A stretch of 64,000 nucleotides of DNA, taken from the NCBI GenBank assembly GCA_035315345.1, contig DATFYA010000187.1:3436-67435 (forward strand). The letters run 5' to 3'. Source of the stretch: Candidatus Methylomirabilota bacterium (lineage in GTDB: Bacteria > Methylomirabilota > Methylomirabilia > Rokubacteriales > CSP1-6). A program made the position numbers and the translations under genes. A model generated the notes under the pieces. The model worked only from the letters and a program-made list of their open reading frames with translations. It did no database searches and was not told the DNA's origin. Shown here piece after piece: positions 62,707 to 64,000 of this stretch (its first letter is position 1; every line of letters begins with the position of its first letter).

Positions 62707-64000
62707 CCCGCATCGCCTGTCTGCTCGCCGCGACCGATGCCGAGCCCGATGGGTCCGTTCACCGCATGCTGCTCCAGGTCGCGCTGTCCCATTCGCCCCG
62801 CGTGGAAGACGGCGGCATCGGGCGTGTGTATCTCGACGCGTCGGGATTGCATGGCCTGTTCGGTGACGAGCCCCGGCTCGCCGCACGTCTCCGCGACATG
62901 ACCGCGGCCGCCGGGGTGACGGCACGTGTGGGCATCGCGGGGAGCCGGCTCGCGGCCCTGGCCGCCGCACGCCTGGGGCCCGGCGCCGCCGTCGTCGATC
63001 CGGATGGCGACGCGGCCTACCTGGCCGTCGCGCCGCTCTCCCTGCTCGAGCTGTCGAATGAGCTGTCGGCCCGGCTATCCCGCTGGGGTCTCCGCACGCT
63101 CGGGGAGCTGGCCGCCCTGCCGACCGCGGGGCTGTTCGAGCGGCTGGGAGGAGAAGGGGTGCGGCTGCAGCGGTTGGTGCGCGGCGACGACCCGCGCCCG
63201 CTGGTCTCCTGGAAGCCGGCGCTGCTCTTCGAGGAATCGGTCCAGTGCGAGTGGGGCATGGAGACGCTCCCGCCGGCGGTCGAGCGCCTGGGCGAGCTGG
63301 CCGCGCGAGTGTGCGCGCGCCTCGGCGAGCGCGGGCTCGCGGCCGACGGCTTCGAATGGGCCTGCCGCCTCGACGGCGGCCACCTCCACGAGGGCGCGCT
63401 CGCTCCCGCGGTGCCCATGACCGATGGCGCCGCCGTCGCGGCATTGCTCCGCCTCGCGCTCGAGGCGCGTCCGCCCCGCGGTATCGTCCGGGGCCTCACG
63501 CTTCGTGCCCGTCCCGCGCGGATCACGGCGATGCAGGAATCGCTCACCGATCGCTCCCGCCCCAGTCCGCGCCTCCTCGCGGCCACCCTGAATCGTTTGG
63601 TGGGCCTGGTGGGCGCGGACAGCATAGGCGCTCCGGCGCTGCTCGACAGCCATCGCCCCGACGCCGTGGGCCTGGGCGCCTATGCTCCTCCTCCTTTCTC
63701 TCTCTCTTCCCTCCGGGACGCGGGCGCGGCTTCTCCCTCTCCCCTCCGGGCCGCCGACGCGCCTTCTCGCTCTCCCCTCCGGGACGCGGGCGCGCCTCCT
63801 CCCTCTCCCCTCCGGGGAGAGGGTAGGGTGAGGGGTATCGGCGCCCTCGCCCTGCGCCGTCTCCGTCCGCCGGCTCCGGCCGCGGTCACGCTCACCTCGG
63901 GCCGTCCCGTGGCCTTGCGCTCGAGCCGGCTCAGCGGACGCATCGTGGCCGGTGCCGGCCCGTGGCGCTCCTCGGGCGAGTGGTGGAGCAAGCGGCCGTG
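62703..64000 (+). CDS. imuB: Y-family polymerase-like protein ImuB (3' end outside window)
   Basis: Not in the ORF track because there is no stop in the window. My frame-0 translation from ATG 62703 reads MTRIACLLA...RVYLDASGLHGLFG...LSRWGLRTLGELAALP...GPWRSSGEWWS, the typical ImuB pattern. Confidence 0.85.
   Translation, partial: MTRIACLLAATDAEPDGSVHRMLLQVALSHSPRVEDGGIGRVYLDASGLHGLFGDEPRLAARLRDMTAAAGVTARVGIAGSRLAALAAARLGPGAAVVDPDGDAAYLAVAPLSLLELSNELSARLSRWGLRTLGELAALPTAGLFERLGGEGVRLQRLVRGDDPRPLVSWKPALLFEESVQCEWGMETLPPAVERLGELAARVCARLGERGLAADGFEWACRLDGGHLHEGALAPAVPMTDGAAVAALLRLALEARPPRGIVRGLTLRARPARITAMQESLTDRSRPSPRLLAATLNRLVGLVGADSIGAPALLDSHRPDAVGLGAYAPPPFSLSSLRDAGAASPSPLRAADAPSRSPLRDAGAPPPSPLRGEGRVRGIGALALRRLRPPAPAAVTLTSGRPVALRSSRLSGRIVAGAGPWRSSGEWWSKRP
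63696..63835. repeat. 33-bp tandem repeats (about 3.5 copies) ending in a REP-like hairpin, embedded in-frame in imuB
   Basis: Units at 63696-63730, 63731-63763 and 63764-63796. The terminal unit contains CCCTCTCCCC-TCC-GGGGAGAGGG-TAGGGTGAGGGG (63801-63835). Confidence 0.8.

Overview
This is a very GC-rich bacterial chromosomal segment, with codon third positions almost always G or C. It is densely packed with about 62 protein-coding genes. I found no rRNA, tRNA, CRISPR array, transposase, integrase, phage gene or recognisable defence system.

**Gene content, in order:**
- 1-8371: a translationally coupled TCA-cycle supercluster, icd (3' end)-mdh-split class I fumarase-sdhCAB-sucCD-ndk.
- 8382-10562: a PH-like membrane protein, arfB, and a DUF1634/TauE pair.
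- 10639-16920: an aryl/acyl-CoA ligase, a NitT/TauT-type ABC importer, and an orphan biotin carboxylase plus BCCP. No carboxyltransferase is present anywhere in the window.
- 16931-20072: a polar amino-acid ABC system.
- 20140-36903: hydrolase, DinB, luciferase-like (LLM) oxidoreductases, two tandem acyl-CoA dehydrogenases, a DUF898/M48 peptidase pair, and an FGE-like protein with an acyl-CoA synthetase. These are followed by an aldolase/SDR-LLM-FNR-VOC-TPP-glycosyltransferase run.
- 37692-52169: a GntR-centred divergent island. One arm carries pxpA, LLM, CoA-transferase A/B, a cysteine-synthase-like PLP enzyme and a decayed 2OG oxygenase. The other carries a Liv-type ABC importer and a CoxLMS-like molybdenum hydroxylase.
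- 52194-61897: mixed CoA-metabolism genes.
- 62014-64000: the start of an imuA-imuB SOS mutagenesis cassette.

**What the gene list does not explain:**
- Four families of structured repeats:
  - A hairpin/G-rich REP-like element sits intergenically and is also embedded, as in-frame tandem repeats, in imuA and imuB.
  - An 85-bp perfect palindromic element supplies the C-terminal codons of two unrelated genes.
  - A roughly 157-bp long inverted repeat lies between the two ACAD genes.
  - A 57-bp x 3.6 tandem array lies inside an operon spacer, with a dispersed single copy elsewhere.
- A 450-bp unannotated region has a near-consensus sigma54 -24/-12 motif, ambiguous small ORFs and an orphan 107-aa protein.
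- Three promoters appear to give leaderless or nearly leaderless mRNAs.

All functional calls rest on motif recognition by eye. No database search was possible.
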